From: Flavobacteriales bacterium
Lineage (GTDB): Bacteria; Bacteroidota; Bacteroidia; Flavobacteriales_D; JAUILH01
Length of the DNA: 64,000 nucleotides
Direction: 5' to 3'
Assembly: GCA_964230215.1 (NCBI GenBank)
Contig: CAXRGQ010000016.1
Location: forward strand, 291,982 to 355,981
The notes below the pieces were generated by a model. It was not told the origin of the DNA. It saw only the letters and a list, made by a program, of their open reading frames with translations, and made no database searches. Below, piece by piece: positions 30,695-39,680 of the stretch. The number at the start of each line of letters is the position of its first letter. Position 1 is the stretch's first letter. The position numbers were made by a program, and so were the translations under genes.

Positions 30695-32119
30695 ATGAAA
30701 AAAGGAGAGCTCATTCAGCTACGAATTACGGATTACGCTTTCGGCGGCAAAGGAATTGCCAAGGTGGATGATGGCGAGAACAAGTTTGTGTATTTTATTG
30801 AGAACACCATTCCTGGGCAACTAGTTGAAGCGCAGATTGTAAAAAAGCGTAAACGCTATGCCGAGTGCAGACTTATCAATATTATAGAGCGTTCGCCGGA
30901 TGAAGTGGAGATTCCTTATCAAGCTATATCTGGTTCACCCTATATTACCTTACCCATAGAAAAGCAGGAAAGCTATAAAAAGGATACTGTATTGGAGCTG
31001 TTTAAAAGAATTGGCCATATTGACAATGTAGATAGTCTTTTTGACACATTTCTTTCATCTCCCAGCCATTGGTTTTATCGCAATAAGATGGAATACTCCT
31101 TCTCCTCTATTTGCCATAACATTGAAACAGATGAAGAGTATGATGGATTCGGCTTAGGGTTTAAAAGAAGAGGAACTTGGTGGAAGGTTGAGAATTTAGA
31201 CAAGGCAAGTGGTTTGTTTGATGAGGAATTCGAAACGAAACTAAAAGAGATTCGACTCTGGTGTGAAGCGACAGGTTTACCGGCTTGGCATCCACCACGA
31301 AAAACGGGATTCTTTAGACATATTGTAGTCCGTAAATCTTTTGCTAGCAATCAGCTCTTGGTGCATCTTGTTACATCATCTGAAGGCTTAAAAAAGTTTG
31401 ATTTAAATGGTTTTAAAGATAAAATCTTAAGTCTGTTTGGTAATAGGATTGCTGGTCTACAACATACCGTAAATGATAATGTTGCTGACAGGGCAAAGAT
31501 TGAAAACGGTAACACCACACTGCTTCATGGTGAGGACGTAATTATTGAAAAACTATTAGGCTTGTCATTTGAGATTAGCATGGAAAGTTTCTTTCAGACC
31601 AACCCCATGAGTGCAGAAAAGCTATACTCTAAGGTAATTGATTATGCCCTTGAGGATAACTCTGTGGATGATGAGGTTGTGATGGATCTTTTCTGCGGAA
31701 CTGGTACCATTGGTCAGATATTAGCATCCCGCACCAATAACACCAAGATTATAGGGGTCGATATTGTTGAAGAAGCTATTGAAAATGCGAAAAGAAATGC
31801 AAAACTGAATGGTATCGAAGACGTTGAATTTTACGCAGCTGATGTAGGTAAATTTTTACTTGAGTACCCAGAATATGAAGGTAAAATATCTACAATTGTG
31901 CTAGATCCTCCGCGCGGGGGCATTGCTCCTAAAACACTTAGAAAGGTTATGAGACTTGGTGCTAAAAGGATTGTATATGTTTCATGTAACCCTTCCACAC
32001 AAGCAAGAGATCTTATCGCTTTAGACGAATTCGGCTATCAACTTAATAAGTTTACTCTGGTTGATCAATTCCCTCATACTGCGCATATTGAATCAATTGC
32101 TTTGCTTGAGAAAAAATAA
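30695..32119 (+). CDS. rlmD: 23S rRNA (uracil-5-)-methyltransferase RumA/RlmD family
   Basis: N-terminal TRAM domain (ITDYAFGGKGIAKV), FFQTN, SAM motif DLFCGTGTIG, DPPRGG and C-terminal VSCNPSTQARD...VDQFPHTAHIES. Confidence 0.85.
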   Translation: MKKGELIQLRITDYAFGGKGIAKVDDGENKFVYFIENTIPGQLVEAQIVKKRKRYAECRLINIIERSPDEVEIPYQAISGSPYITLPIEKQESYKKDTVLELFKRIGHIDNVDSLFDTFLSSPSHWFYRNKMEYSFSSICHNIETDEEYDGFGLGFKRRGTWWKVENLDKASGLFDEEFETKLKEIRLWCEATGLPAWHPPRKTGFFRHIVVRKSFASNQLLVHLVTSSEGLKKFDLNGFKDKILSLFGNRIAGLQHTVNDNVADRAKIENGNTTLLHGEDVIIEKLLGLSFEISMESFFQTNPMSAEKLYSKVIDYALEDNSVDDEVVMDLFCGTGTIGQILASRTNNTKIIGVDIVEEAIENAKRNAKLNGIEDVEFYAADVGKFLLEYPEYEGKISTIVLDPPRGGIAPKTLRKVMRLGAKRIVYVSCNPSTQARDLIALDEFGYQLNKFTLVDQFPHTAHIESIALLEKK

Positions 32120-32160
32120 ATATTCATTATCTTGCAAGTAACAAATCAAACTATGTAATA

Positions 32161-32430
32161 ATGAAAAAAATATTTTTACTAGCAATTTTACCACTTGCGA
32201 TTACTGCATGTGGCGGTGACAAAGAAGGAGATGATAAGGAAGGTGGTGACAAAAAAGCAGCCTTAGATGAGTGTGAATGTTTACATGCTAGCATGGCAGA
32301 TCGTTCGAAAGAATGTACCCAGTGGAGACAAACTGTTATCAATGAAATTAAAGCCGATTTAGGCGATAATGCGGATGATTTAGATGCTATTGACGCTGAG
32401 TTGGAAAAGTTAAAGGCTGAGTGCGAATAG
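32161..32430 (+). CDS. small hypothetical lipoprotein
   Basis: Lipobox LAITACGG, a charged KEGDDKEGGDKK linker and four Cys. Followed by a terminator. Confidence 0.5.
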   Translation: MKKIFLLAILPLAITACGGDKEGDDKEGGDKKAALDECECLHASMADRSKECTQWRQTVINEIKADLGDNADDLDAIDAELEKLKAECE

Positions 32431-32457
32431 GCAATCACTTTTTAAATTAATTTTGAG

Positions 32458-32486
32458 GCACTGCAAACTATTGTAGTGCTTTTTTT
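32458..32486 (+). terminator. rho-independent terminator
   Basis: GCACTGCAA-ACTA-TTGTAGTGC (one G-U pair) followed by T7. The T tract ends directly at the ATG at 32487. Confidence 0.65.
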
Positions 32487-33062
32487 ATGCTTAATTCAGA
32501 TTACTGGAATCAACGATACAAAGAGAAAGAAACGGGCTGGGATTTAGGCGCTCCTAGTTTACCATTAGCCAAGTATATCTCTCAGCTGGATAATCCGTTT
32601 TTGGAAATATTGATCCCAGGGTGCGGACGAGCGTATGAAGGAGAATTATTGTGGGAATCTGGATTTGACAATGTGTATTTGTTAGATTTTGCTGAATCAA
32701 GTAAAGCAGCCTTTTTAGAGCGCGTTCCCGATTTTCCTGAAGAACAGTTTATTGTTGGTGACTTTTTTGAATTAGAAGGACAGTTCGATTTGATTCTGGA
32801 ACAAACATTCTTCTGTGCTCTTAACCCTGAATTACGCCCAGCCTATGCAAAAAAAATGGCTGAATTGCTTAAACTAGGGGGGAAGCTGGTTGGCGTCTTA
32901 TTCAATGATAAGCTAAATGACGATCATCCACCATTTGGAGGTTCAACACTTGAGTATCTTGGATATTTTCAACCACATTTTTCAGAGGTTAAAATGGCGC
33001 CATGTAAGAATTCTATCGAACCTAGAATGGGGCGTGAACTGTTCATTAAGTTGACACGCTAA
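32487..33062 (+). CDS. SAM-dependent methyltransferase, TPMT (thiopurine/halide methyltransferase) family
   Basis: YWNQRYKEKETGWDLGAPS..., the LIPGCGRAYEG SAM motif and a length of 191 aa. Confidence 0.7.
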   Translation: MLNSDYWNQRYKEKETGWDLGAPSLPLAKYISQLDNPFLEILIPGCGRAYEGELLWESGFDNVYLLDFAESSKAAFLERVPDFPEEQFIVGDFFELEGQFDLILEQTFFCALNPELRPAYAKKMAELLKLGGKLVGVLFNDKLNDDHPPFGGSTLEYLGYFQPHFSEVKMAPCKNSIEPRMGRELFIKLTR

Positions 33063-34141
33063 TCCAATACTACTCTTCCATTCTTTGAATAGATATCAAT
33101 TGTTAGGCTTCCGCCCGTTCCTATCATTCCGCCATAGGTCATAATCTTGTCCATTCCATTTTCAGATTCGATTTTGATATTCGATCCATAATTAAATGAC
33201 TTGCCATGATCCATTACAACCGTAAATTTAGAATTGGGGCTTTCATCAATTTCAATATCTGTATAGGTACTCACAATTTTAAATAGCTTACAATTCTGCC
33301 CAATCTCGTCTATTTCAACACTTCCGAATTTAGTAGTTAATTGACAGCGCTCTATTAGCTTATCAATCTCAACATCACTCAACATAAAACTTCCAGTTAA
33401 GTCTTTAATTGACTCAATTTCAATTTCATCGTTTTTTGAGTCTATTACCAGCCTATCTATTTCTTGAATTGATATATCCGATTTAATCGTGCTCAACCTG
33501 AGCTTATCAGCCTTTTCAATCTTTAGTTTTCCAAAACTGTGTTCGATTTTAGCGTCTTTTACATTACGACAACGAATGTCACCATACTTCACCGTAATAT
33601 TCGCGTCATCATTGATATCGTAAGCCGCTAAATCACCATGGTTAAGAAACAATTCGAGCTCGCTATGAACATTATCAAGCCTCACATCACCAAAAGAATT
33701 ATCTATATGTAACTCCACTGATTTGGGTACATACACGGTATAATCTACATGGATTTTAGCATTGCTTACACTCTGTTTAATTTCTTCAAGCGACCTTTTG
33801 ATAACGCCATAACCGTCACTCCAATCCGTCATTGCAGTTACTCCGTTTGAGTTCCCGTCAATTTTAACCACTATGGCATCTACCTTTTCTTTAACCTTCA
33901 TTATGTCGTCTCCTTCAGACTTAATGATAATATTTAATACAATGCTGTCCTTATCCCAATTGTTAATGGTTATATCTCCATATTTATTCTCTATATGAAG
34001 GTCTGCACCACTTACAACCTTAAAGCCTTTTTTAATCTGTTTTGATTCTGCGAACGGGTAGGTACTCCCCTCAGCGAAAATACTTCCGCTAAAACCAACG
34101 ATTAAGGCGAGTATACTATATTTCAATTTCCACTTCATCAT
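33059..34141 (-). CDS. DUF4097-like beta-strand repeat protein (putative adhesin/LiaG-like)
   Basis: Signal peptide from MMKWKLKYSILALIVGFSGSIFA. Repeated (Y/F)GD(I/V)... units (YGDITIN, FGDVRLD, YGDIRCR, FGKLKIE, FGSVEID). Confidence 0.6.
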   Translation of the reverse strand: MMKWKLKYSILALIVGFSGSIFAEGSTYPFAESKQIKKGFKVVSGADLHIENKYGDITINNWDKDSIVLNIIIKSEGDDIMKVKEKVDAIVVKIDGNSNGVTAMTDWSDGYGVIKRSLEEIKQSVSNAKIHVDYTVYVPKSVELHIDNSFGDVRLDNVHSELELFLNHGDLAAYDINDDANITVKYGDIRCRNVKDAKIEHSFGKLKIEKADKLRLSTIKSDISIQEIDRLVIDSKNDEIEIESIKDLTGSFMLSDVEIDKLIERCQLTTKFGSVEIDEIGQNCKLFKIVSTYTDIEIDESPNSKFTVVMDHGKSFNYGSNIKIESENGMDKIMTYGGMIGTGGSLTIDIYSKNGRVVLD

Positions 34142-34694
34142 CTGTGTTTTTAATAGTTCTGAGCACATCCTCAAGCACCATCAACTTTAGTCGATAATTC
34201 TCAATCATGGCTTCTATAATTTTTTCATCGTCACCACCTTTACCAAGTTCTTGGCTTAGCGATTTGTATTCTTCTTCAAGTGTTTCGATAGTCTCAGCAA
34301 TAGCTGGATCTGTTTGATACTTTTTTAAGTCATCCATCCTATCATTAACTTGTGACACATAATAGGCCTCAATCTCTGCAAGCTCAGGTGAAATTTCACT
34401 TAGATTATGCTCGACTACATCTGGCGCTTTAATACTGGCAATATCAGTAGTGCTTTCTCTGGTCGCATGACTCGTCTCAGTGCGATTGAATAAGATCATT
34501 CCAACGATAATCAATACTGAAGCAGCCACGCCAGAATACACCCACCATTTTCTAAGTTTGATGTATTTACCATCTTTAGACTCATGGCCCTTATTTTTAT
34601 CAAGAGATGCTTCAATATCCGCCCACATATTGTCGTCTGCTTTGACGTCAAAGGCCTCTTTATTCTCCTGTATAAACTTTTTCATTTCATCCAT
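34116..34694 (-). CDS. putative anti-sigma factor (single-pass membrane protein)
   Basis: 192 aa with a central TM (WWVYSGVAASVLIIVGMILF). 8-nt overlap with the upstream ECF sigma gene. Confidence 0.5.
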   Translation of the reverse strand: MDEMKKFIQENKEAFDVKADDNMWADIEASLDKNKGHESKDGKYIKLRKWWVYSGVAASVLIIVGMILFNRTETSHATRESTTDIASIKAPDVVEHNLSEISPELAEIEAYYVSQVNDRMDDLKKYQTDPAIAETIETLEEEYKSLSQELGKGGDDEKIIEAMIENYRLKLMVLEDVLRTIKNTDDEVEIEI

Positions 34695-35229
34695 ACTGCG
34701 TATTATTTAAAATGATTTCCTTAATTCGTTGTTTTGCCCTTTTATACTGCGTTTTAGAGGTAGACTCCGAAATATCGAGTGCATCTGCTATTTCTTTATG
34801 ACTGTAATCTTCAAAAGCGTAGAGGGAGAACACAGTTCTGAATCCAGGTGACAGTTGCTCGAGAGCACTTTTAACCATCTCTATGGTGTATTCAGGTTCT
34901 GCACTGCTATCCTCCTCAATATGTATTTCACTTAAATCTTGAAAAAACTGTCGTTGTCTCTTCACATAATTCAGTGATTTATTAATAGTGATGCGCTTTA
35001 ACCAACCCTCAAAACTACCTTGCCCAGCAAACATTTCAATCTTTGTAAAGGCATCAATAAAGGCTTCTTGGGTAATGTCTTTTGCATCTTCTTTATTCCC
35101 AGTGATTCTCACTGCACATCCCAACATTGCACCAGCATACAAGTCAAACACTTTCTTTTGACTCATTCGATTGCCATTTTTACAGCCCTCAATTAAGAGC
35201 GTCTCGCTTATATTGGAAATGTCCGTCAC
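34687..35229 (-). CDS. RNA polymerase ECF-type sigma-70 factor
   Basis: Region 2 (VFDLYAGAMLGCAVRITGNKEDAKDITQEAFIDAF, GWLKRITINKS) and region 4 (LSPGFRTVFSLYAFEDYSHKEIADALDISESTSKTQYKRA). Confidence 0.85.
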   Translation of the reverse strand: MTDISNISETLLIEGCKNGNRMSQKKVFDLYAGAMLGCAVRITGNKEDAKDITQEAFIDAFTKIEMFAGQGSFEGWLKRITINKSLNYVKRQRQFFQDLSEIHIEEDSSAEPEYTIEMVKSALEQLSPGFRTVFSLYAFEDYSHKEIADALDISESTSKTQYKRAKQRIKEIILNNTQYG

Positions 35230-35230
35230 T

Positions 35231-35851
35231 TTAGAACCAACCTAGTTTTAGTGTTATGTTACCACCTAAACCACTCATGTTTGTTTTATCGCCCTGAAGA
35301 TACACATCAGATGTCAATCTATAATTCACTCCAGCCGCTAAACGCATGAATCTGAATAAATTTAACTCAACATTGGCGCCTAGTTGCCCTATCATAAAAT
35401 AGTCTGCACTTGCAATACTAGAATCATAATCCCATTGCCAATCATACACTCTGTGCTCTCCCAGCGCTACTACACCTGCCCCAAGTGTACAAGGAAAGGC
35501 AAAATGTACTTTGGAGTTGCCGAATAAAATAGGTTCAATGAATAAACCGCCATAGCCCAACTCCCAGAAGTAGGGATTTCCATTTAAATCAGTATAGTTG
35601 CTAAAAGCATCCGTTGCTACCACTTGTCCCGCGAACCCAATATTTAGTTTTCTACCAAAATTCAAGGCTGCTTCACCACCAAATCCAAACGCTGCCTCAC
35701 CCTTTAAATCGAAATACTGCGAGCTAAGGCCTACGTGCCCACCCTTTAACTTCATATCACCAAAGATGGTCTCAGGTTTATCATCTTCTCTCTGTGCATT
35801 TACCGTTAAGGCAGAACACGCTAAAATTACTGTTACTAGTATTCTTTTCAT
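35231..35851 (-). CDS. outer-membrane beta-barrel (porin-family) protein
   Basis: Signal peptide, alternating beta-strand pattern rich in G and aromatic residues, C-terminal ...ITLKLGWF. Confidence 0.65.
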   Translation of the reverse strand: MKRILVTVILACSALTVNAQREDDKPETIFGDMKLKGGHVGLSSQYFDLKGEAAFGFGGEAALNFGRKLNIGFAGQVVATDAFSNYTDLNGNPYFWELGYGGLFIEPILFGNSKVHFAFPCTLGAGVVALGEHRVYDWQWDYDSSIASADYFMIGQLGANVELNLFRFMRLAAGVNYRLTSDVYLQGDKTNMSGLGGNITLKLGWF

Positions 35852-35862
35852 TATTTCTTATT

Positions 35863-36570
35863 TTACATTTCGATTATATTCCCGCTACCACTCGTATTAG
35901 TGCTAACCGATGGAGGATTTCCCCAATAATAGATATCTCCAGATCCAGTGATATTGCACACTAATGAGTTTAGCGCTGTTACGCGAATATCTCCGCTACC
36001 ATCAAGGTCAACAAACACGTCCTGAGCAACTAGATTTTTACAATTGACATTTCCACTGCCCTCTAGTTCAATGTTACAATCATTGGCTGTCCCGGTAATA
36101 TCAATATCACCCGAACCATCAAGATTAGTAGTAAGAGTTGTCAATAAATCAAAATCCAAATCAATATTTCCAGAACCCTTTAGCTTAACAAATACTTGAT
36201 TGGATAAAAGATGTTCACCATAAATATCACCCGATCCTTTTAATTCAATTTCATTGATATAGTGCGCAGACACATAAACACGAACTGTTTTATTCCGGAT
36301 GAAATGATGAGTTCTTTCATCTATTCTTAATTCGTGGTTTGATAAAGCTGTGTAGATGTATGGCATCACATTTTCGCCTGCCTCAACACGCACATCATAG
36401 TTAGTGTCTTGAGTTATATACACATCAAACGAGCCATTAGCCTGAATTGAGGTAACTGAATCAGCTAATACGCGATCTTCCACAATCACCTGACCAGCGT
36501 CCAAGGGTTTTTGACAAGCATAAAAGCTAGCCACTGTTATACTTAAAATTCCAATAATTGCTTTATTCAT
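35863..36570 (-). CDS. DUF2807 / head GIN domain protein (putative beta-helical adhesin-like lipoprotein)
   Basis: Repeated GSG(D/N)I units (KGSGDIY, KGSGNID, DGSGDID, EGSGNVN, DGSGDIR, TGSGDIY, SGSGNII). N-terminal lipobox-like SFYAC. Confidence 0.7.
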   Translation of the reverse strand: MNKAIIGILSITVASFYACQKPLDAGQVIVEDRVLADSVTSIQANGSFDVYITQDTNYDVRVEAGENVMPYIYTALSNHELRIDERTHHFIRNKTVRVYVSAHYINEIELKGSGDIYGEHLLSNQVFVKLKGSGNIDLDFDLLTTLTTNLDGSGDIDITGTANDCNIELEGSGNVNCKNLVAQDVFVDLDGSGDIRVTALNSLVCNITGSGDIYYWGNPPSVSTNTSGSGNIIEM

Positions 36571-36690
36571 AATATCTAGTTTTTATACTCTAGACACAGA
36601 AAAAATAAAAAGTTGCAAGCAGGTAGATATTTTTTTTATTTCTCAGAAATATCTTCAAAAATCACAATCGAAAATGACTAAATTAGCGTC

Positions 36691-37188
36691 ATGGATTCAC
36701 CGGTAATTGTATTGAGTGCAGAACAAATCAGGCAAAAAACTGAAAGGTTAGCGCATCAAATTAATGAACTGCATCACGCCGAAGAGGAGATAATATTACT
36801 CGGTATCGCCAAGAAGGGATATGAATTTGCTGAACGATTGCATGGAGTTTTAACAGGTGTATTTGAAAACAAAGCCGTATTAGGTTCTATAGCACTTCAT
36901 CCAGAGCACCCGTTCCAACAGGATTGTACATATAGCATCAATCCAGATGATATGATGAACAAAACTGTGATTCTAATTGATGATGTACTTAATTCAGGTA
37001 AGACCTTAATTTACGCCTGTAAACATATTCTTGAGCATCAACCTAAAAGAGTCAATACAGTTGTTTTAGTAGACAGAAGACACAGACGATTCCCCATTAG
37101 AGCGGACTTGGTCGGTTTAACCTTATCTACTACTATGGAAGAGCATATTACGGTTGATATGCAGAAAAATGAAGCTTATTTGAGTTGA
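36691..37188 (+). CDS. phosphoribosyltransferase-family protein (PyrR-like)
   Basis: PRPP-binding loop VILIDDVLNSGKTL. The N-terminal LSAEQIRQKTERLAHQINE...ILLGIAKKGYEFAERL resembles PyrR/UPRTase regulators. Confidence 0.65.
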   Translation: MDSPVIVLSAEQIRQKTERLAHQINELHHAEEEIILLGIAKKGYEFAERLHGVLTGVFENKAVLGSIALHPEHPFQQDCTYSINPDDMMNKTVILIDDVLNSGKTLIYACKHILEHQPKRVNTVVLVDRRHRRFPIRADLVGLTLSTTMEEHITVDMQKNEAYLS

Positions 37189-37682
37189 TGTTTTATCAAT
37201 TGAACTAAACTTTCGACAGGCAAAGTACCATCAACTGTGTAATCAGCTTGTAAGTAATAATGTTTTCGTTCTTCCAACTTATTGCTTATTAAGGATTTTA
37301 TCCCAGCTTTATCTAGCCCATTGATTAAAGGTCGTTTTCCATCATTTTGATTGCCGAGTCGTTTTAACAATTCCTCCTCAGTTAGGTATAAATAAAAACT
37401 AATGCCAGATTTTTTGATGAAATCGATATTGTCATCCGAACAGAATGTTCCTCCCCCCAATGCTATGACAAGCTTGTCTCCAGTTATTGATTGAAGCACT
37501 TCAACTTCTACATCTCTGAAATAAGCTTCTCCTTTAGTTTCGAATATCTCTGAAATGGATAAGCCTTCCTTTTTTACAATTTGTTCATCAAGGTCTACAA
37601 AGCGGTAGGACAAAGCACTTGCGAGACTTTGGCCTAAAGTTGACTTTCCACTTCCCATAAAACCTGTTAGATATACGCGCAT
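37176..37682 (-). CDS. aroK: shikimate kinase
   Basis: Walker A GFMGSGKSTLG, DLD, and the GGG lid (ALGGGTF). 168 aa. Confidence 0.9.
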   Translation of the reverse strand: MRVYLTGFMGSGKSTLGQSLASALSYRFVDLDEQIVKKEGLSISEIFETKGEAYFRDVEVEVLQSITGDKLVIALGGGTFCSDDNIDFIKKSGISFYLYLTEEELLKRLGNQNDGKRPLINGLDKAGIKSLISNKLEERKHYYLQADYTVDGTLPVESLVQLIKHQLK

Positions 37683-37687
37683 TATAT

Positions 37688-37695
37688 TAAATTTG
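37688..37695 (+). promoter_or_regulatory. -7 promoter box TAAATTTG
   Basis: Exact TAnnTTTG, 18 nt upstream of the ATG at 37714. The ORF-track TTG start lies inside this box. Confidence 0.35.
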
Positions 37696-37713
37696 TCTCA
37701 TCAATCTACAAAG

Positions 37714-38886
37714 ATGCAGATAAAAGAAGTCGCTAGTAAGCAGGATATCAAATTGTTTCATAAGCTGCCCTGGCAAATATACAAGGATGATAAGAACTGG
37801 ATTCCGCATCTTAAGCAAGATATCGAAAAGATTTTCGACCCAAAGAAAAACAAGAAGTGGAGAAAAGGTGAAGCTAAAAGGTGGTTACTAATTAATGACG
37901 GAAAAGTCTGTGGACGGATTGCTGCCTTTGTAGATGGCTCGAACAAAGAATATGCTAGCGGTATCGGATTCTTTGAGTGTATCAATAATAAGGAATTCGC
38001 TTTTGCTTTATTTGACAAGGCCAAGGAATGGTTGATCTCAAAGGGGGCAACGCGCATGGATGGTCCTATTAACTTTGGAGAAAACCACCAATACTGGGGA
38101 TTGATCATAGAGAATTTTGATGAGCCCCCCTACTATATGCAAAACTACAACCCTGCCTACTATGTAGATTTTTTTGAAGCCTATGGTTTTGAGATATATT
38201 ACAAACAGGAGATTTTTTACCGAGACGTTACGCGCAAGTTGGAGGATAAGTTTACGGAGCGTGCAAGGCGATTAATGAAAAACCCAGAGTATAGGGTTGA
38301 GCATATCGACCTAAAGCGAATAGATAAATACACAGAAGATTTCAGAACCATCTACAACAGAGCGTGGGCGAATAGAGAAAAAGGCTTCAGTACTATGAGT
38401 GCCGTTCAGGCTAAGGCTGTAATGGCCAGTCTTAAGCCTATTCTTGACCCAGAGATTGTATACTTTGCCTACCACAATGATAAGCCCATAGGCATGTATA
38501 TTCAGCTTCCTGAAATCAATCAAATCTTTAGACACGTACACGGAAATTTGAACTTGATAGGAAAATTGAAATTCCTTTATCATAAAAAAGCCAAGACCGT
38601 AGACAGGTGTTTTGGAATGGTATTCGGTATAGATCCAGACTATCAAGGAAAAGGTGTAGAAGGCATGATCTTTAAATACATGGAATCAATTGTTCACCGT
38701 GATTATCGCTATAAAGATTTGGTGATTACCTGGATTGGTGATTTTAATCCTAAAATGATCTCCATTGTTAAATCACTGGGCACGACAAAATTACGTGAGA
38801 TGGCTACATACCGTTATTTATTTGATCGCACTGCGGAGTTCAAACGAAAGCCAATAGCCAACATCACGCCGAGTGGGGAGTTGTAG
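37714..38886 (+). CDS. GNAT-like N-acetyltransferase family protein (conserved Bacteroidota ~390-aa family)
   Basis: MQIKEV...FHKLPWQIYKDDKNWIPHL...GRIAAF...FGFFEC pattern. C-terminal GNAT motif A-like GIDPDYQGKGVEGMIF. Confidence 0.5.
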   Translation: MQIKEVASKQDIKLFHKLPWQIYKDDKNWIPHLKQDIEKIFDPKKNKKWRKGEAKRWLLINDGKVCGRIAAFVDGSNKEYASGIGFFECINNKEFAFALFDKAKEWLISKGATRMDGPINFGENHQYWGLIIENFDEPPYYMQNYNPAYYVDFFEAYGFEIYYKQEIFYRDVTRKLEDKFTERARRLMKNPEYRVEHIDLKRIDKYTEDFRTIYNRAWANREKGFSTMSAVQAKAVMASLKPILDPEIVYFAYHNDKPIGMYIQLPEINQIFRHVHGNLNLIGKLKFLYHKKAKTVDRCFGMVFGIDPDYQGKGVEGMIFKYMESIVHRDYRYKDLVITWIGDFNPKMISIVKSLGTTKLREMATYRYLFDRTAEFKRKPIANITPSGEL

Positions 38887-38926
38887 AAAGCAATTCTCAA
38901 TTTTTTTCCATTTTTTCCAATTTAAC

Positions 38927-38957
38927 TTTGCGATATTAAACCAGACTATTATATTTG
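38927..38957 (+). promoter_or_regulatory. Bacteroidota sigma-A promoter for tRNA-Lys (-33 TTTG / -7 TATATTTG)
   Basis: TTTG at 38927-38930 and TATATTTG at 38950-38957, separated by 19 nt, about 50 nt upstream of the tRNA. Confidence 0.5.
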
Positions 38958-39006
38958 CACTCGCTTTTCGCATGACGCTAAAGCTTCAGCGAATAAATTA
39001 GCGGAT

Positions 39007-39079
39007 GATCTCCTAGCTCAGCTGGTAGAGCATATCCCTTTTAAGGATAGGGTCCTGGGTTCGAACCCCAGGGGGATCA
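39007..39079 (+). tRNA. tRNA-Lys (anticodon UUU)
   Basis: Cloverleaf folded by hand. Acceptor GATCTCC/GGGGATC (one G-U pair), D arm GCTC-AGCTGGTA-GAGC, anticodon arm TATCC-CTTTTAA-GGATA, 5-nt variable loop, T arm CTGGG-TTCGAAC-CCCAG, discriminator A. CCA is not encoded. Confidence 0.9.
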
Positions 39080-39089
39080 CGAAACAAAA

Positions 39090-39124
39090 AGAGGAATTAA
39101 CACTTGGTTAATTCCTCTTTTTTT
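39090..39124 (+). terminator. rho-independent terminator after tRNA-Lys
   Basis: 12-bp stem AGAGGAATTAAC / GTTAATTCCTCT, loop ACTTG, followed by T7. Confidence 0.8.
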
Positions 39125-39246
39125 ATTGAAACCTTTGATAATTAAGGCTTTAAAAACCTCCTTGTATTCCTTGCTTATAGTTTAGCACTAATATAATAGT
39201 ATCATATTGTGCAAACAATCGTGCAATCATTTGCCTAAGCTCGCAC

Positions 39247-39534
39247 TCATTCATTAATCTCATTACTAATGTTTATAACATTTTCATCACCAAACCATTC
39301 TTTTGCTTTGGCTATAACTTGATCGCTTGGAGAGTGAAAGTATACTGCCAAACTTTCCTTAGACCGCGTGCAACAGACATAAAATATCTTTTGAGTTCTA
39401 TTCAGCACAGATTGCGATCCGCTTCCCAAAAATAGATTCTCAAAGTTGTATTTATTCCAATTCCCATAGTCAAGTATGACTAATACATTATCGAACTCAC
39501 TTCCTTTGGTTTTATTATTCCCCCTCAGAGTCAC
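39247..39534 (-). pseudogene. C-terminal remnant of a UvrD/PcrA-like superfamily-1 helicase
   Basis: Only about 95 codons. KGSEFDNVLVIL and IFYVCCTRSKESLAVYF match the UvrD_C motifs (KG.EFD.V.. and YVA.TRA...L). There is an in-frame stop 9 codons upstream (39562-39564), no ATPase domains, and the nominal start is GTG. Confidence 0.6.
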
Positions 39535-39680
39535 TCGAAGAGGACTTTGAGCTCCAAACCCTCAATGCACTTATTAACAATAATCAAAACACCCAATAAT
39601 CGAACAATTCAACTCCTAAATAGAATCAACGCTCTAATGACCACCCCAACCGATTTAAATATTTATTATCTTTTGCAATC

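Noticed and set aside
32151-32438. 95-aa Ser-rich ORF antisense to the small lipoprotein gene.
   Set aside because: Its low-complexity composition mirrors the charged linker of the plus-strand lipoprotein, which has a proper lipobox and a terminator.
36621-36650. Inverted repeat AGATATTT...AAATATCT upstream of the PyrR-like gene, considered as a PyrR-type RNA attenuator.
   Set aside because: It is an AT-only 8-bp stem with a 14-nt loop and no terminator/antiterminator pair. No pyr biosynthetic gene lies downstream.
39125-39680. A direct repeat of the tRNA-Lys 3' end (attR) flanking the helicase remnant.
   Set aside because: Scanning by eye found only weak similarity (for example CCAAACCCT versus CGAACCCCA). 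No convincing duplicate was found, so no island boundary is claimed.
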